DNA of 64,000 nt from contig JBPCIO010000141.1 of NCBI GenBank assembly GCA_051006215.1, positions 50,455 through 114,454 of the forward strand, in the 5' to 3' direction. The notes under the pieces are model-generated. The model ran no database searches and was not told where the DNA came from. It worked only from the letters and a program-made list of their open reading frames with translations. Source of the DNA: Chloroflexota bacterium (GTDB taxonomy: Bacteria; Chloroflexota; UBA6077; CF-72). The position numbers and the translations under genes are program-made. Shown in pieces: positions 18,315 to 28,268 of this stretch (the first letter of the stretch is position 1; each line of letters starts with the position of its first letter).

Positions 18315-19107
18315 CAAGCTCCGTGAAACGTCGGTGGTCAGCGCGAGGCTAGCTGCGCGAAATCTGGCCGCACCGGCGCTGCGTGTACTGGTGCTGTCCA
18401 GCAGCTACCCCAGTGGGGTCCTTCCACAAGTCGAGCTTTGGGCGCGCCGCCTGGTCCAGTCGGTGACCGGTTTCGCCGAGGCCAAGGTGGTAGCGCCCGT
18501 GCCATATGTCCCAGCCCTGCTGGATCGCTCCTCTCGGAATAACGCCCAATACAAAGACGTGCCGCGGCACCGTTGGGACGGGAAAGTAGAAGTGTTCCAT
18601 CCGCGCCTGCTGACTGGACCTGGCCAGAGCCTGTACGGGTTGGAAGCAGCGAGCTACGCCTGCACGGTGCTACCCACCGTCCACCGGCTGCGGCGTGAGT
18701 TCCCTTTCGACGTGATCCATGCTCACTCTAGCTACCCCGATGGCGTGGCCTGGGTGTTGTTAGGGCACCTGTACGGAATCCCGGTCATCATTACCGAGCA
18801 TCACCCGTGGTTGCCGAGGATGCGCCAGCTACGCCTGGTCCGCCAGCAAGCGGTGTGGGCCGCGCGCGAGTGCAATGCTCACATCGCGACGAGCCAGGCC
18901 GTCCGCGATCACATTGGCCAGTTCACTGGAGATCCCGAAAAGGTCAGTGTAATCCCCAACGTGATAGACCCGGCAGTGCTTGCTCCCACACTCCACCAGA
19001 GGCGAAACCCTGACCAGAACCTGTGGCTCGGAAAGCAATATGCGGCACTGGTTGGGCCGGTACTTCGATCGAATTTGCAGGCACGGTTCGCCGCCGCCTT
19101 GATCTAA
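18298..19107 (+). pseudogene. Truncated tandem paralogue of the preceding GT4: N-terminal domain only, catalytic C-terminal domain missing
   Basis: 270 aa aligning residue-for-residue with the N-terminal half of the 17049..18314 protein (RVLVLSSSYPSGVLPQVELW / RVLVLARNYPSQMLPQLGLW ... DVIHAHSSYPDGVAWVLLG / DLIHAHFTYPDGVAAVALG). It terminates where the paralogue continues into the E-X7-E domain. Confidence 0.5.
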
Positions 19108-19167
19108 CGAGACAACCACTCCAGGTGCGTAGGAAGGAGCGGCCAGCTTACGACTGCCACAGCGCAG

Positions 19168-19184
19168 TTCAACCGCGTCTCAAC
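19168..19184 (+). promoter_or_regulatory. TTCAAC-N5-CTCAAC direct repeat (candidate operator)
   Basis: agTTCAACcgcgtCTCAACcg with 11-bp spacing, about 70 nt upstream of ATG 19253. Confidence 0.4.
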
Positions 19185-19252
19185 CGCCCTTTGACGGCGC
19201 AGGTGGCAGGGTCCGCCTAGCCTTTGCACGTAGCGTAAAACGGAGTGAACCT

Positions 19253-20290
19253 ATGCGATTCTGGAACGACAAAAACGTCCTCGTCACCGGTGGGGCATCA
19301 TTCATTGGAAGCCATCTGGTCGATCGGCTTGTAGAGGCCGGCGCCCGGGTCCGAGTAGCCGACGACCTGTCCAGCGGGCGAGAGGCCAACCTGAGCGGGA
19401 GCCGCTCGGAGGTGGATCTCATGGTTGGGGACCTCCGTGAGCGCGAGTTCGCCCATACGGTCATGGCTGGCCAGCAGGTGGTCTTTCACCTGGCCGCCTG
19501 CCATGGCGGCCGCGGTTTCATCGACACCCACCCAGCAGACTGCGCCTCAAATATGGTCCTCGACGGAATGGTATTCGACGAGGCCTGCAAAGCGGGCGTA
19601 GACAAAATCGCTTTTGCGTCCTCCGCTTGCGTCTATCCCACTCGCCTGCAGGAGGCGCCAACCAACGGCGTGACGACATACCTCAAAGAGGAATGGGCCG
19701 ACCCGTTCAAAGAAGGTGCGGCGGGTGCGGACGGTGAGTACGGCTGGGCCAAACTTATGGGCGAAATGACGCTGCGTGCCTATAACAAGCAGCACGGTCT
19801 GCGGTCGGTAGCGTGCCGTCTGTTCACCGTGTACGGTGAGCGCGAGAACGAAAGCCACGCCATCATCGCTTTGATAGCCAAAGCGTTCACTGGTATGGAT
19901 CCGTACCCGATCTGGGGCAACGGGCAACAGGACCGCAACTTTACCTACGTCGGCGACATCGTGGAGGGCATGCTTCGTGCGGCCGCCTCAGATATCGATG
20001 ACGGCTCAGCTCTCAATATTGGTACAGCCGAGCACGTGAAGATCATCGAGAGTGCACACATGATCTTTGAAGAGACTGGCTTTCAGCCTGACAAGATCGA
20101 TTTTGACTTGAGCAAGCCAGTCGGCGTGTTCAGTCGCGCGGCGGATCTCAGCCGCACCCGTGCCCGTCTGGGCTGGGAGCCGAGCACTCGCTTTCGGGAT
20201 GGTCTCCGAGCGACCATCCGCTGGTATTACGATACCCACGATCGCAAGCACGTGGCCTCGCAACTGAACCGCTTGCTCACCGAGCGCTAG
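19253..20290 (+). CDS. NAD-dependent epimerase/dehydratase (extended SDR; UDP-glucuronate decarboxylase / sugar 4,6-dehydratase-like)
   Basis: VTGGASFIGSHLVDRL Rossmann motif. A YGWAK motif. A GGAG SD lies 8 nt upstream of the ATG. Confidence 0.85.
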   Translation: MRFWNDKNVLVTGGASFIGSHLVDRLVEAGARVRVADDLSSGREANLSGSRSEVDLMVGDLREREFAHTVMAGQQVVFHLAACHGGRGFIDTHPADCASNMVLDGMVFDEACKAGVDKIAFASSACVYPTRLQEAPTNGVTTYLKEEWADPFKEGAAGADGEYGWAKLMGEMTLRAYNKQHGLRSVACRLFTVYGERENESHAIIALIAKAFTGMDPYPIWGNGQQDRNFTYVGDIVEGMLRAAASDIDDGSALNIGTAEHVKIIESAHMIFEETGFQPDKIDFDLSKPVGVFSRAADLSRTRARLGWEPSTRFRDGLRATIRWYYDTHDRKHVASQLNRLLTER

Positions 20291-20331
20291 ACAGAAAGCT
20301 GGCTCCGCCCCATGCAACCCCAACGACGGCT

Positions 20332-21393
20332 GTGATCGAGAACGCTCCGCGTGTCCGGCCGCTGGTGTCGGTGGTCATGCCGGTCTACAACGGTGAGCGA
20401 TATCTGGCGGAGAGTCTCGACTCGGTACTCGCCCAGACCTACCCGAACTTCGAGGTGCTCGTCATGGACGACGCTTCAACCGACGGTACCTGGGCGATTG
20501 CCGAGGGGTACGGCAGCCGCGTGCGCGCACACCGGCAGCCAACCAATCGTGGTATCTACGCCAACGCCAATGCTGGCATCGACATGGCCAGAGGTGAGTA
20601 CATCGCGTTTTACCACGCCGACGACGTCTACGAGCCGACCATTATCGAAAGCGAAGTAGCCGTCCTCGAGGCCCGGCCTGAGATTGGCGCGGTTTTCTGC
20701 AAGGACCTGTTCATCGACGCTGCGAGCCAAGTGTACGGCCGCCTGGAACTCCCACCGGAGCTTCGGGGGAGTAGCGCTGTGGGCTATTCGGATGTGCTGA
20801 ATGCGCTGCTCACATATAAGAACGCGTTTTTGCGTTGTCCAAGCTGCCTGGCGCGTGCGTCCGTGTATCGCAGTGTGGGACTGTACCGCCAGGACGAGTT
20901 TCGGAATACCGCCGATCTTGACATGTGGCTGCGCATATCGCGCGCCTATCCCATCGTCGTCCTGGACGAGTACCTGTTCCGCTACCGTCACAATGTCGGC
21001 AATTCCGGACAACGGTACCGCCACCTGCGTACGGATCCCGAACGATTCTTCGCGATCATGGATCTCTACCTCCAGTCGGCCGAAGACCGGCGGTTGGTAC
21101 GTCGCAGCGCCCTCACGGCGTACGAAGGCCACCGCGCACAGGACAACCTGATGCGCGCGATCAGCTACTACGTGTTGGGTCAGGTTCCAGAGGCCGCCCG
21201 GGTGCTGCGCGAGGTGGATGGGCGGCGCTTGCTGGCAAGCCCGCGCTCCCAGCGCGTGCGCATGTTGGCCCTGCTGGGTGTGCTGCTGCTCCTGGTACGG
21301 CTGCCACGCGTACCGGGCGCGGCCGACGCGATGTATCGCCGCTGGCACGCCCAGACCGCTCCAGCGGCGGCGTCGCATCCGGCGCAAGGCTGA
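20332..21393 (+). CDS. Glycosyltransferase family 2
   Basis: N-terminal GT2 signature VSVVMPVYNGERYLAESLDSVLAQTY...VLVMDDASTDGT and a DxD-like motif. Confidence 0.8.
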   Translation: MIENAPRVRPLVSVVMPVYNGERYLAESLDSVLAQTYPNFEVLVMDDASTDGTWAIAEGYGSRVRAHRQPTNRGIYANANAGIDMARGEYIAFYHADDVYEPTIIESEVAVLEARPEIGAVFCKDLFIDAASQVYGRLELPPELRGSSAVGYSDVLNALLTYKNAFLRCPSCLARASVYRSVGLYRQDEFRNTADLDMWLRISRAYPIVVLDEYLFRYRHNVGNSGQRYRHLRTDPERFFAIMDLYLQSAEDRRLVRRSALTAYEGHRAQDNLMRAISYYVLGQVPEAARVLREVDGRRLLASPRSQRVRMLALLGVLLLLVRLPRVPGAADAMYRRWHAQTAPAAASHPAQG

Positions 21394-21398
21394 CCAGC

Positions 21399-23294
21399 AT
21401 GTGCGGCATCGTCGGCGTACTCTCGCGCGAACCGATCGACGTGGGCCTGGTGGAGCATATGCGCGATCGCATGCTCCACCGCGGTCCGGACCACGGTGGT
21501 AGCTGGCGTTCGAGCGATGGTCACGTCTGTTTCGGTCACCGGCGGCTAGCGATTGTCGACCTGACACCCGAGGCCAACCAACCCTTCGTTTCGCAGGATG
21601 GCCGCTTCGTCGTCACCTACAACGGCGAGATTTACAACTTCAAAGTCCTGCGCCACGAGCTACAGGCCTCTGGCGTGCACTTCACGACTCAGTCCGACAC
21701 CGAGGTCCTGGTGGAAGCCTATCGCCGGTGGGGTAGCGCCTGCGTCGAACGCCTGTCCGGCATGTTCGCGTTCGCGCTCTGGGACCAACTCGAGCATCGC
21801 CTGTTCTGCGCCAGAGATCGAGCCGGCGAAAAGCCGTTCTACTACTCGCTGGCACACGGCAGCTTCATCTTCGCCTCCGAGCTCAAAGGGCTTGTGGACT
21901 GGCCGGGCTTCCGCAGGGTCCCGAACTACGCGGCGCTCATCGACTACCTTTCGCTGGGTTTCGTGGCTGACCCCAAGAGCATCTGGGAAGGGGCCAGCAA
22001 ACTCCCACCGGCACACTCGATGTATGTCACGTTCGATGACTCGGGGTTGCCAGTCGTCCACCCGCCGGTTGCGTACTGGGATCTCGAGTTCGACCCAGAT
22101 TACACGATCTCGGACTGGGGCTCTCCCATCCGTGAGACGCTCCAGGCAGCCAGCCGCGAGATGGCCTTTGCAGATGTACCCGTCGGCGCGTTCTTGAGCG
22201 GGGGGGTGGACTCGTCCTCAGTCGTGGCCGCCCTCAGCCAGGGTGGCCACGACGTTCGGAGCTTCACGATCGGCTTCGACGAGAGCGGGTACGACGAGCG
22301 CGGGTGGGCCCGTGCTGTGGCTCGCCAGTATGGCGTCTCGCATACCGAGCGAGTGGTCGTGGCCGACGACATCGATCCGGTCTTCAATCGGCTTGTCTGG
22401 CACTACGACGAGCCATTCAATGACTACTCCTACCTGCCCACGTACTACCTGTGTCGGGAAGCGCGCCGCAACGTCACTGTCGCGCTGTCGGGGGATGGGG
22501 GCGACGAAGTCTTCGCCGGCTACCGCAAGTATCAGCGGCTTGCGCTGCGCGCGCACGTACGTGGCCTGGTGCCGTCGCCGCTGAGCTCGCTCATGGCAGC
22601 AACGGCCCAGGCGCTCTTACCCGCGGCAAGCCAGTTGCGGCGAACCGTGAGGCAGTATGGCCTCTCCGAACCCGAGGCCTTCGCCGATATGCTCACGACC
22701 GGCCTCAGCATACCGATGCTTCGCTCAGCTGCGCGCGGTCCGCTGGCCGAGGCATTGCGCCATTACACGCCGCTGGACGCTGTCGAACCTCTCGTACGCC
22801 ACGCCTCCCCGAGTCGTGTCGGTGCCATCAACACCATGCGCTATCTCGACCTGAAGCTCACCCTGGCCGGCGACATCCTGACCAAGGTCGACCGGGCGAG
22901 TATGGCTGTGTCGCTCGAAGTCCGCGCGGTTTTTCTGCATCGTGATCTCATGGACCTCGCCCGGCGGATCCCACCTGAACTGCTCGCGGATCGGTGGCAA
23001 GCCAAGCGCGCTTTGAAGTCAGCTCTCGAACCTTGGCTGCCCAACTCCGTTCTCTATCGGCGGAAGATGGGGTTCGCCATGCCCCTCAAGGCATGGATCG
23101 ACGGGCGCCCGGACGCGCTACCCGAAGATGGCGGCAGAGCGGCGCTGCGCGAGCTACTGGACGAAGGTCTCATGGACCGCATGCTCCGCGGCCACGCCGC
23201 GGGAAAGGCGGATCTGAGCGCCGCAATTCACGGTCAACTCTTCCTCCAGAGCTGGCTGCATACCTGGATGGATAGTGCAAAGCCAGCGGCCTGA
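21399..23294 (+). CDS. Asparagine synthetase (glutamine-hydrolysing)-family amidotransferase
   Basis: Starts MCGIVG (N-terminal nucleophile Cys of class II glutamine amidotransferases), followed by an AsnB-like synthetase domain (SGGVDSS). The ORF-track entry 20925.. is an over-extension. Confidence 0.85.
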   Translation: MCGIVGVLSREPIDVGLVEHMRDRMLHRGPDHGGSWRSSDGHVCFGHRRLAIVDLTPEANQPFVSQDGRFVVTYNGEIYNFKVLRHELQASGVHFTTQSDTEVLVEAYRRWGSACVERLSGMFAFALWDQLEHRLFCARDRAGEKPFYYSLAHGSFIFASELKGLVDWPGFRRVPNYAALIDYLSLGFVADPKSIWEGASKLPPAHSMYVTFDDSGLPVVHPPVAYWDLEFDPDYTISDWGSPIRETLQAASREMAFADVPVGAFLSGGVDSSSVVAALSQGGHDVRSFTIGFDESGYDERGWARAVARQYGVSHTERVVVADDIDPVFNRLVWHYDEPFNDYSYLPTYYLCREARRNVTVALSGDGGDEVFAGYRKYQRLALRAHVRGLVPSPLSSLMAATAQALLPAASQLRRTVRQYGLSEPEAFADMLTTGLSIPMLRSAARGPLAEALRHYTPLDAVEPLVRHASPSRVGAINTMRYLDLKLTLAGDILTKVDRASMAVSLEVRAVFLHRDLMDLARRIPPELLADRWQAKRALKSALEPWLPNSVLYRRKMGFAMPLKAWIDGRPDALPEDGGRAALRELLDEGLMDRMLRGHAAGKADLSAAIHGQLFLQSWLHTWMDSAKPAA

Positions 23295-24450
23295 GCATGA
23301 GCTGGATGCTCGTGACACTCACGTGGTGAGCCCGAAGCGGGTCGCACTGTACATCGACCCTCCTTCGCACCACTTCCGCAACGATCGCCTTTTCCAAGTA
23401 GACGATTGGCGCCCCAACGGCGACCGCATGAACGCACCTTACGCGCACCTCCGGTCGCTTCTGTCCCAATACGGCGTGGCTACCCATACCGGCGATCTGA
23501 TGCCGCCCGAGTCTGCCGTGGACGGAACCACCAAAGTGTTTGTGTCGATGGGTACGCTCTCGAACTACCACGCAGTGGGGCGACGCCAGGACACCATCCT
23601 CAGCGCCTTCTTTGCGATGGAATGTCCCATCATCGAACCGTCGATTTTTCGTGCTCTGCCAGAAGTACAGCGCCATTTCCGACATGTCTTGTCCTGGAGT
23701 GACGGTCCAGCGCTGCAGGAATTCACCGGGGGCGAACTGCTCGGCTGCGAGCCGTTTCGGTGGCCGCAAGGATTCGACGACGTCCATCCGGTGTGGAGCC
23801 GAACGGCCGATCGCAAGTTCCTGGTGATGATCAACAGCAACAAGTTGCCCCAGCTCTATCGCCGCGAGCTCTACACCGAGCGTTTACGGGCGGTCGAGTT
23901 TTTCGAGCCGTTCGGCGAGATTGACCTCTTTGGACCTGGCTGGGACCAACCTTCAAATCGCGTCGGTAGCACCTGGATTCCGTATACCGGCCGTCTACTG
24001 CTGCGCAAGGTGGCCGCCGGCTGGCAGCGGCTACGACCGAATCCGCGGCTCCTGGCGGCCAGGCGGGTGTGGCGCGGGCTGGCCAGATCCAAGGCCGAAA
24101 CACTCGGCGGGTATACCTACGCACTGTGCTTTGAAAACATGATTATGAAGGGCTGGATCACGGAAAAAATCTTCGACTGCTTGTTCGCAGGCACTGTACC
24201 CATCTATTGGGGCGCGCCAGAGATTGCCGAGGTCATTCCGCCAGAGTGTTTCATCGATATGCGCAACTTCGCTGGCTACGCCGACCTGCGCCGTTTTCTG
24301 AAAGCGCTCGGCCCCATGGACGTTCAGCGCTATCGTGAACATGGCCGCGACTTCGTGCATTCGGCAGCCTTTCGCCCTTTCTCCATGGACGCTTTTGCGC
24401 AAATATTCTGCCAGCTGATCGAACAGGACGCCGGGATCCGGCTGCGCTAG
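23275..24450 (+). CDS. Putative fucosyltransferase-like glycosyltransferase (GT10-like C-terminal motif)
   Basis: C-terminal region YALCFENMIMKGWITEKIFDCLFAGTVPIYWG resembles the alpha-1,3-fucosyltransferase motif (F.L.FENS...Y.TEK). The start is uncertain: alternative GTGs at 23320/23323 avoid overlap with the upstream gene. Confidence 0.5.
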   Translation: MQSQRPEHELDARDTHVVSPKRVALYIDPPSHHFRNDRLFQVDDWRPNGDRMNAPYAHLRSLLSQYGVATHTGDLMPPESAVDGTTKVFVSMGTLSNYHAVGRRQDTILSAFFAMECPIIEPSIFRALPEVQRHFRHVLSWSDGPALQEFTGGELLGCEPFRWPQGFDDVHPVWSRTADRKFLVMINSNKLPQLYRRELYTERLRAVEFFEPFGEIDLFGPGWDQPSNRVGSTWIPYTGRLLLRKVAAGWQRLRPNPRLLAARRVWRGLARSKAETLGGYTYALCFENMIMKGWITEKIFDCLFAGTVPIYWGAPEIAEVIPPECFIDMRNFAGYADLRRFLKALGPMDVQRYREHGRDFVHSAAFRPFSMDAFAQIFCQLIEQDAGIRLR

Positions 24451-24460
24451 CCGAAAGCGC

Positions 24461-26005
24461 ATGCTCCGCGTCATCGCCGGCATCGGCGCCCTTCAGGTTG
24501 CCGTAACCCTCGTCAACATGCTTCGGTCGAAGGCAGTCGCCATTCTCCTCGGCCCGGAAGGGGTTGGGGTGATCGGCCTGGTCGACCAGCTCGTGCAGCT
24601 CGTACTGTACGTGAGCACGCTCAGTCTGCCGTTTGCGGCTGTCCGCTTTCTCTCGCGCGCCCACAGTGAAGGCCACGCAGCGTTTGCTCAGAGCTTTGGC
24701 AGCTTCTTGCGGGCGCTGCTCATGTTGACCACCATCGGCGCAATTATCGGCGGTGGACTCGCGGTGTTTCGCCCGGACCTTCTCGGCCAACAGCTGTCCG
24801 ATTACCGCACGTTCCTTATTCCGGCCCTGGTCGGAGTCCCGGCCATGGCACTGCACGGATTGTTCAGCAACGTTCTGGCCGCCGCCCGCCGCACCCGGGC
24901 GGCGGCGCTCATGGCGATGGTCATCGCGCTGACGCTCTCCGGAGCAACCGTGATCGGCATTCTGCTGGATGGGGTACGCGGTTTTTACTGGGGTGCCCTC
25001 ATTGCGAATGTGCTGATAGCGGTCGGTGTGGCAGTCTACCTGCGGCGGAGTTTGAACCTGCTCCTGTTCGGCCGCGACCACGGCGTCCGCCAGGAGCTGC
25101 GCAAAAATCCGGACATCTTGCCGTTTGCGTTCTGGTTCTACGGGGGATCGCTCGCCTATTCGTTCGCCTTCTTTGTGGCCCGCTACGCCGTACTGTCGAA
25201 TTTCGGGGCAGCCGAGGCCGGGCGCCTTCAGGTCGGGATCGCCCTGTATACGGCCCTCAATCTCGTGCTCGGACCAGCCAACGGACTGTATCTCACGCCG
25301 ATTCTGAATCGACGCATCCCCCTGGTCGAGAAGTTCGCCGCCGCGCTTGAGTTTCAGCGCAAGCAATGGCTGGTCATCCTCTTGCTGGCTATGGGCATGG
25401 TGCTTTTTGCGCACCTCGCAGTGGTCGTCCTGTTCTCGACAGCTTTTCTGAGCGTGGCCGGCGTCGTGGCTCTGTTCGTGATAGCGCAGACCATTTATCA
25501 GTTGGCCGCCGTCTTGCAAGCCCTGATAATCGGCCTCGACGACCTGCGCCTGTACGGGACGACCGCCGTCGTCGGCCACCTTGCTCTCGCTGGTCTAGCC
25601 TGGGTGCTGGCACCGTCTTTGGGAATCATGGGGGTCGGCATAGCGTTCCTGGTGAGCGCCATACTCCACGTGGCGATGACCTTCTCGCGTCTGCGCCTGC
25701 ACTTCGGGATGATGCTGTCGCGCCGGCACGTCGTCGCAGTCGTGTACGGCATCGGGGCCCTGGCGCTGGCAGCGCTACTCACCAGTTCGCTCGATCCCTG
25801 GCAACCGCAGGGGATAGCGGTCCGCATCCTGGCGTACGTCGCCTTTGCGGTCAGCCTGCTCGCGCTGCTCGAGGGTCGCGAGCTTCGACAACTGGTCGTA
25901 CGCGGCCAATCCGTCTGGTTTCCCCAAGGCACGGAGCGCGTGCCCAGGATGGGTGGGGCGACCTACCGACGTCTGACCCGACGCTTCTTCCCCGAAGTCT
26001 GGTGA
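24461..26005 (+). CDS. Wzx-type polysaccharide flippase (MOP/PST family)
   Basis: 514 aa with about 12-14 predicted TM helices, matching the polysaccharide-biosynthesis-protein (MOP superfamily) architecture. Confidence 0.8.
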   Translation: MLRVIAGIGALQVAVTLVNMLRSKAVAILLGPEGVGVIGLVDQLVQLVLYVSTLSLPFAAVRFLSRAHSEGHAAFAQSFGSFLRALLMLTTIGAIIGGGLAVFRPDLLGQQLSDYRTFLIPALVGVPAMALHGLFSNVLAAARRTRAAALMAMVIALTLSGATVIGILLDGVRGFYWGALIANVLIAVGVAVYLRRSLNLLLFGRDHGVRQELRKNPDILPFAFWFYGGSLAYSFAFFVARYAVLSNFGAAEAGRLQVGIALYTALNLVLGPANGLYLTPILNRRIPLVEKFAAALEFQRKQWLVILLLAMGMVLFAHLAVVVLFSTAFLSVAGVVALFVIAQTIYQLAAVLQALIIGLDDLRLYGTTAVVGHLALAGLAWVLAPSLGIMGVGIAFLVSAILHVAMTFSRLRLHFGMMLSRRHVVAVVYGIGALALAALLTSSLDPWQPQGIAVRILAYVAFAVSLLALLEGRELRQLVVRGQSVWFPQGTERVPRMGGATYRRLTRRFFPEVW

Positions 26006-26116
26006 TCGCGGCCGGCTCAACCCAAACTCAATCCCGCGCAGACTGCAGCAAACGCCTCGCCCCTCACTATTCCGCAGATTAGCGGATGCCTACCAGTCGA
26101 GGGTCGTGGACACGCC

Positions 26117-27337
26117 ATGCGGAATGACAGTTACCTTCGCGCCCTGACCGGGTTGCGCTTCTTTGCCGCGCTGCACGTCGTTGGACTTCACCTCCTGGCG
26201 GCCGGGCACCTGGAGAGGATGCCCGTTTTCGTACGTGACATGATTGCCCACGGGTACATGGCGGTGGGACTGTTCTTCGTGCTGTCCGGCTTTATTCTCA
26301 CTTACACCTAGCTGGGCAACGCGAGTGGAACGCTCGGAACATCTGGCCGCCGGCGCTTCTGGATCGCGCGATTCGCCCGCGTCTACCCCGTGTACGTGCT
26401 CGGCCTGGCACTGACCAGCCCCTTCTACTTTCCCGAGGCAATCCGCGACAACATCGCGCAAACCCTGTCGTCGATCGTCCTGGTGCCCACCATGCTTCAG
26501 GGCTGGACGCCGATGACCGCCACACTCTGGAACCCACCCGCCTGGTCTCTCTCGGCCGAAGTCTTCTTCTATCTGCTTTTCCCAGCGATCGGCCCATGGT
26601 TGGCCGGCCGACGTACTACCTGGCTGTTTGGCGCGTTGCTCGGCTCCTGGGCCCTGGCCTTTGTCGGCCCGACTGCCTATCAGGTGGCCTTCCCATCCGG
26701 CCCGCCCGCGGACCCCCACCTCGTGTCAATCGGCGGCCTGGCGCAGAGATTCGTGCTCTTTGGCCCACTGTTTCACTTACCCGAGTTCCTGGTCGGTATC
26801 GTGCTGGGCCACCTCTTTGTTCGTCATCCTGGACTGGCAGAACGCGCAGGTGCATTCCGGGCCATAGCGGCCGGCCTCGCGCTAGTCGGGGTCATCGCCT
26901 ACGTCGGCGGCGCCGGCGCTAGCGCGTCCCTGCCGCTCGTGTTCGTCCAGGCGATCTTTCTCCCCGTGTACGCGATCCTGGTGTGGAGCCTGGCGGTCGG
27001 GCGGCAGGGCCTGGCACGATTCCTGTCCCTACCCGGCATGGTGTTGCTCGGCGAGGCAAGCTACTCCCTGTACCTGCTGCACCTACCGGTGATCTGGTCG
27101 GTTGACTGGCTCGTCCAATTGCTTGCCGACCGAGGCGTATCACTTGGCCAGACGCGATGGATCGCTGCACTCGACCTCACGCTCGGGATTGCGCTATCCG
27201 TAATCGTGTTCCTTTATCTGGAGCGTCCGCGTCGTATCGCCATCAGGCGTCGCTTCGAACGGGCATATTTACCTCAACCAGGCAAGCATCCGCAATCCAG
27301 GTGGCGGTTTGGTATCACTCATTCAGCAGAAGCATGA
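26117..27337 (+). pseudogene. Acyltransferase family 3 (OatA/WecH-like O-acyltransferase) interrupted by an in-frame TAG at 26309-26311
   Basis: The ORF-track entries 26117..26311 and 26390..27337 are in the same frame and together align with the intact paralogue 28269..29516 (LFFVLSGFILTYT*LG.. versus LFFVLSGFVLTYTYTG..). The TAG replaces a Tyr codon of the paralogue. Confidence 0.55.
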
Positions 27338-27373
27338 CTCGGAGTCCCTGGGCGAGTTGGACCGCTCTGGGCG

Positions 27374-28072
27374 GTGCTCACCGACGCGGACAAGAAATTC
27401 GGCCGCTGGGGATTGCAGGCGTTCTTCGACCGCGGGCAGGGGGAGATTGATCGCGCCATGGAGACAGCGACACGCCTGGGCTATCCGAGCGGCCGCGAAT
27501 GTGCACTCGACTTTGGATGTGGCGTCGGCCGACTGACGCGCGCCATGGCCACGTACTTTGGCCACTGCGACGGTGTCGACATTGCCGAGAGTATGGTTCG
27601 GCGCGCGAGAGAGCTGAACGCTGACGTGCCGGCGTGCACCTTTCTGTTGAACGACAGGCCAGATCTGCGCATGTTCGAGGATGACCGGTTCGACTTCGTC
27701 TTCACCACCCAGGTACTTATGCACATGCCCACACATGCCATCATCACGGGCTATATTGCGGAGTTCCTGCGGGTTATCAGACCTGACGGGATCGCCGTCT
27801 TCCAACTGCTGAGTCATGCGCCAGTTCTGGACCGTGTCCAGCCTCGCCGACGCGTGTGCGAGCTACTTCGCAAGCCGGGCGTCCCAGAGCAGATGCTCTT
27901 CACGAAATTCGGATATGCACCGATGAATATCAGATTCTTCCCCGAAACAGACGTCAGGCGGTTCGTCGAGAGCATTGGTGGCAAGATTCTCGAGGTCGAG
28001 GGTCACACCATCCCCGCCATGCTACCCGGCACGCACCGCATCAGCCGAACCCCCTACATGACTCGAGCGTAG
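27374..28072 (+). CDS. Class I SAM-dependent methyltransferase
   Basis: Motif I LDFGCGVGRLT. GTG start. Confidence 0.7.
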   Translation: MLTDADKKFGRWGLQAFFDRGQGEIDRAMETATRLGYPSGRECALDFGCGVGRLTRAMATYFGHCDGVDIAESMVRRARELNADVPACTFLLNDRPDLRMFEDDRFDFVFTTQVLMHMPTHAIITGYIAEFLRVIRPDGIAVFQLLSHAPVLDRVQPRRRVCELLRKPGVPEQMLFTKFGYAPMNIRFFPETDVRRFVESIGGKILEVEGHTIPAMLPGTHRISRTPYMTRA

Positions 28073-28199
28073 GCAGGGCCCCAACGCCCGTGCTGGTTGG
28101 ATATTACGTTCGTTGTTGACGAAGCACTTCCCAAACAGCCAGCGAGGTTCCCCGGGTAGAGTTCGTGCAGCATGTGCGGCCCATCTCGAATCGGCGCCG

Positions 28200-28216
28200 C
28201 TCAACCACGCCTCAAC
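28200..28216 (+). promoter_or_regulatory. CTCAAC-N5-CTCAAC direct repeat (candidate operator)
   Basis: cgCTCAACcacgcCTCAACgg with 11-bp spacing, about 55 nt upstream of GTG 28269. Confidence 0.45.
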
Positions 28217-28268
28217 GGGGAGTGAACACATCCAGACCTCGCGTAGTCAACAATGACTAACTACATTC

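Noticed and set aside
20476-21567. 363-aa minus-strand ORF overlapping the GT2 and asnB genes
   Set aside because: It is antisense to two well-supported co-directional genes, with an Arg/Ala/Gly-biased junk composition.
21598-22197. 199-aa alternate-frame ORF inside asnB
   Set aside because: It is a Ser/Arg/Thr-rich alternate frame of a gene with strong family motifs in the main frame.
24251-25579. 442-aa minus-strand ORF antisense to the Wzx flippase
   Set aside because: It has an H/Q/R/E/D-rich low-complexity translation. The sense strand encodes a clear 12-14 TM flippase.
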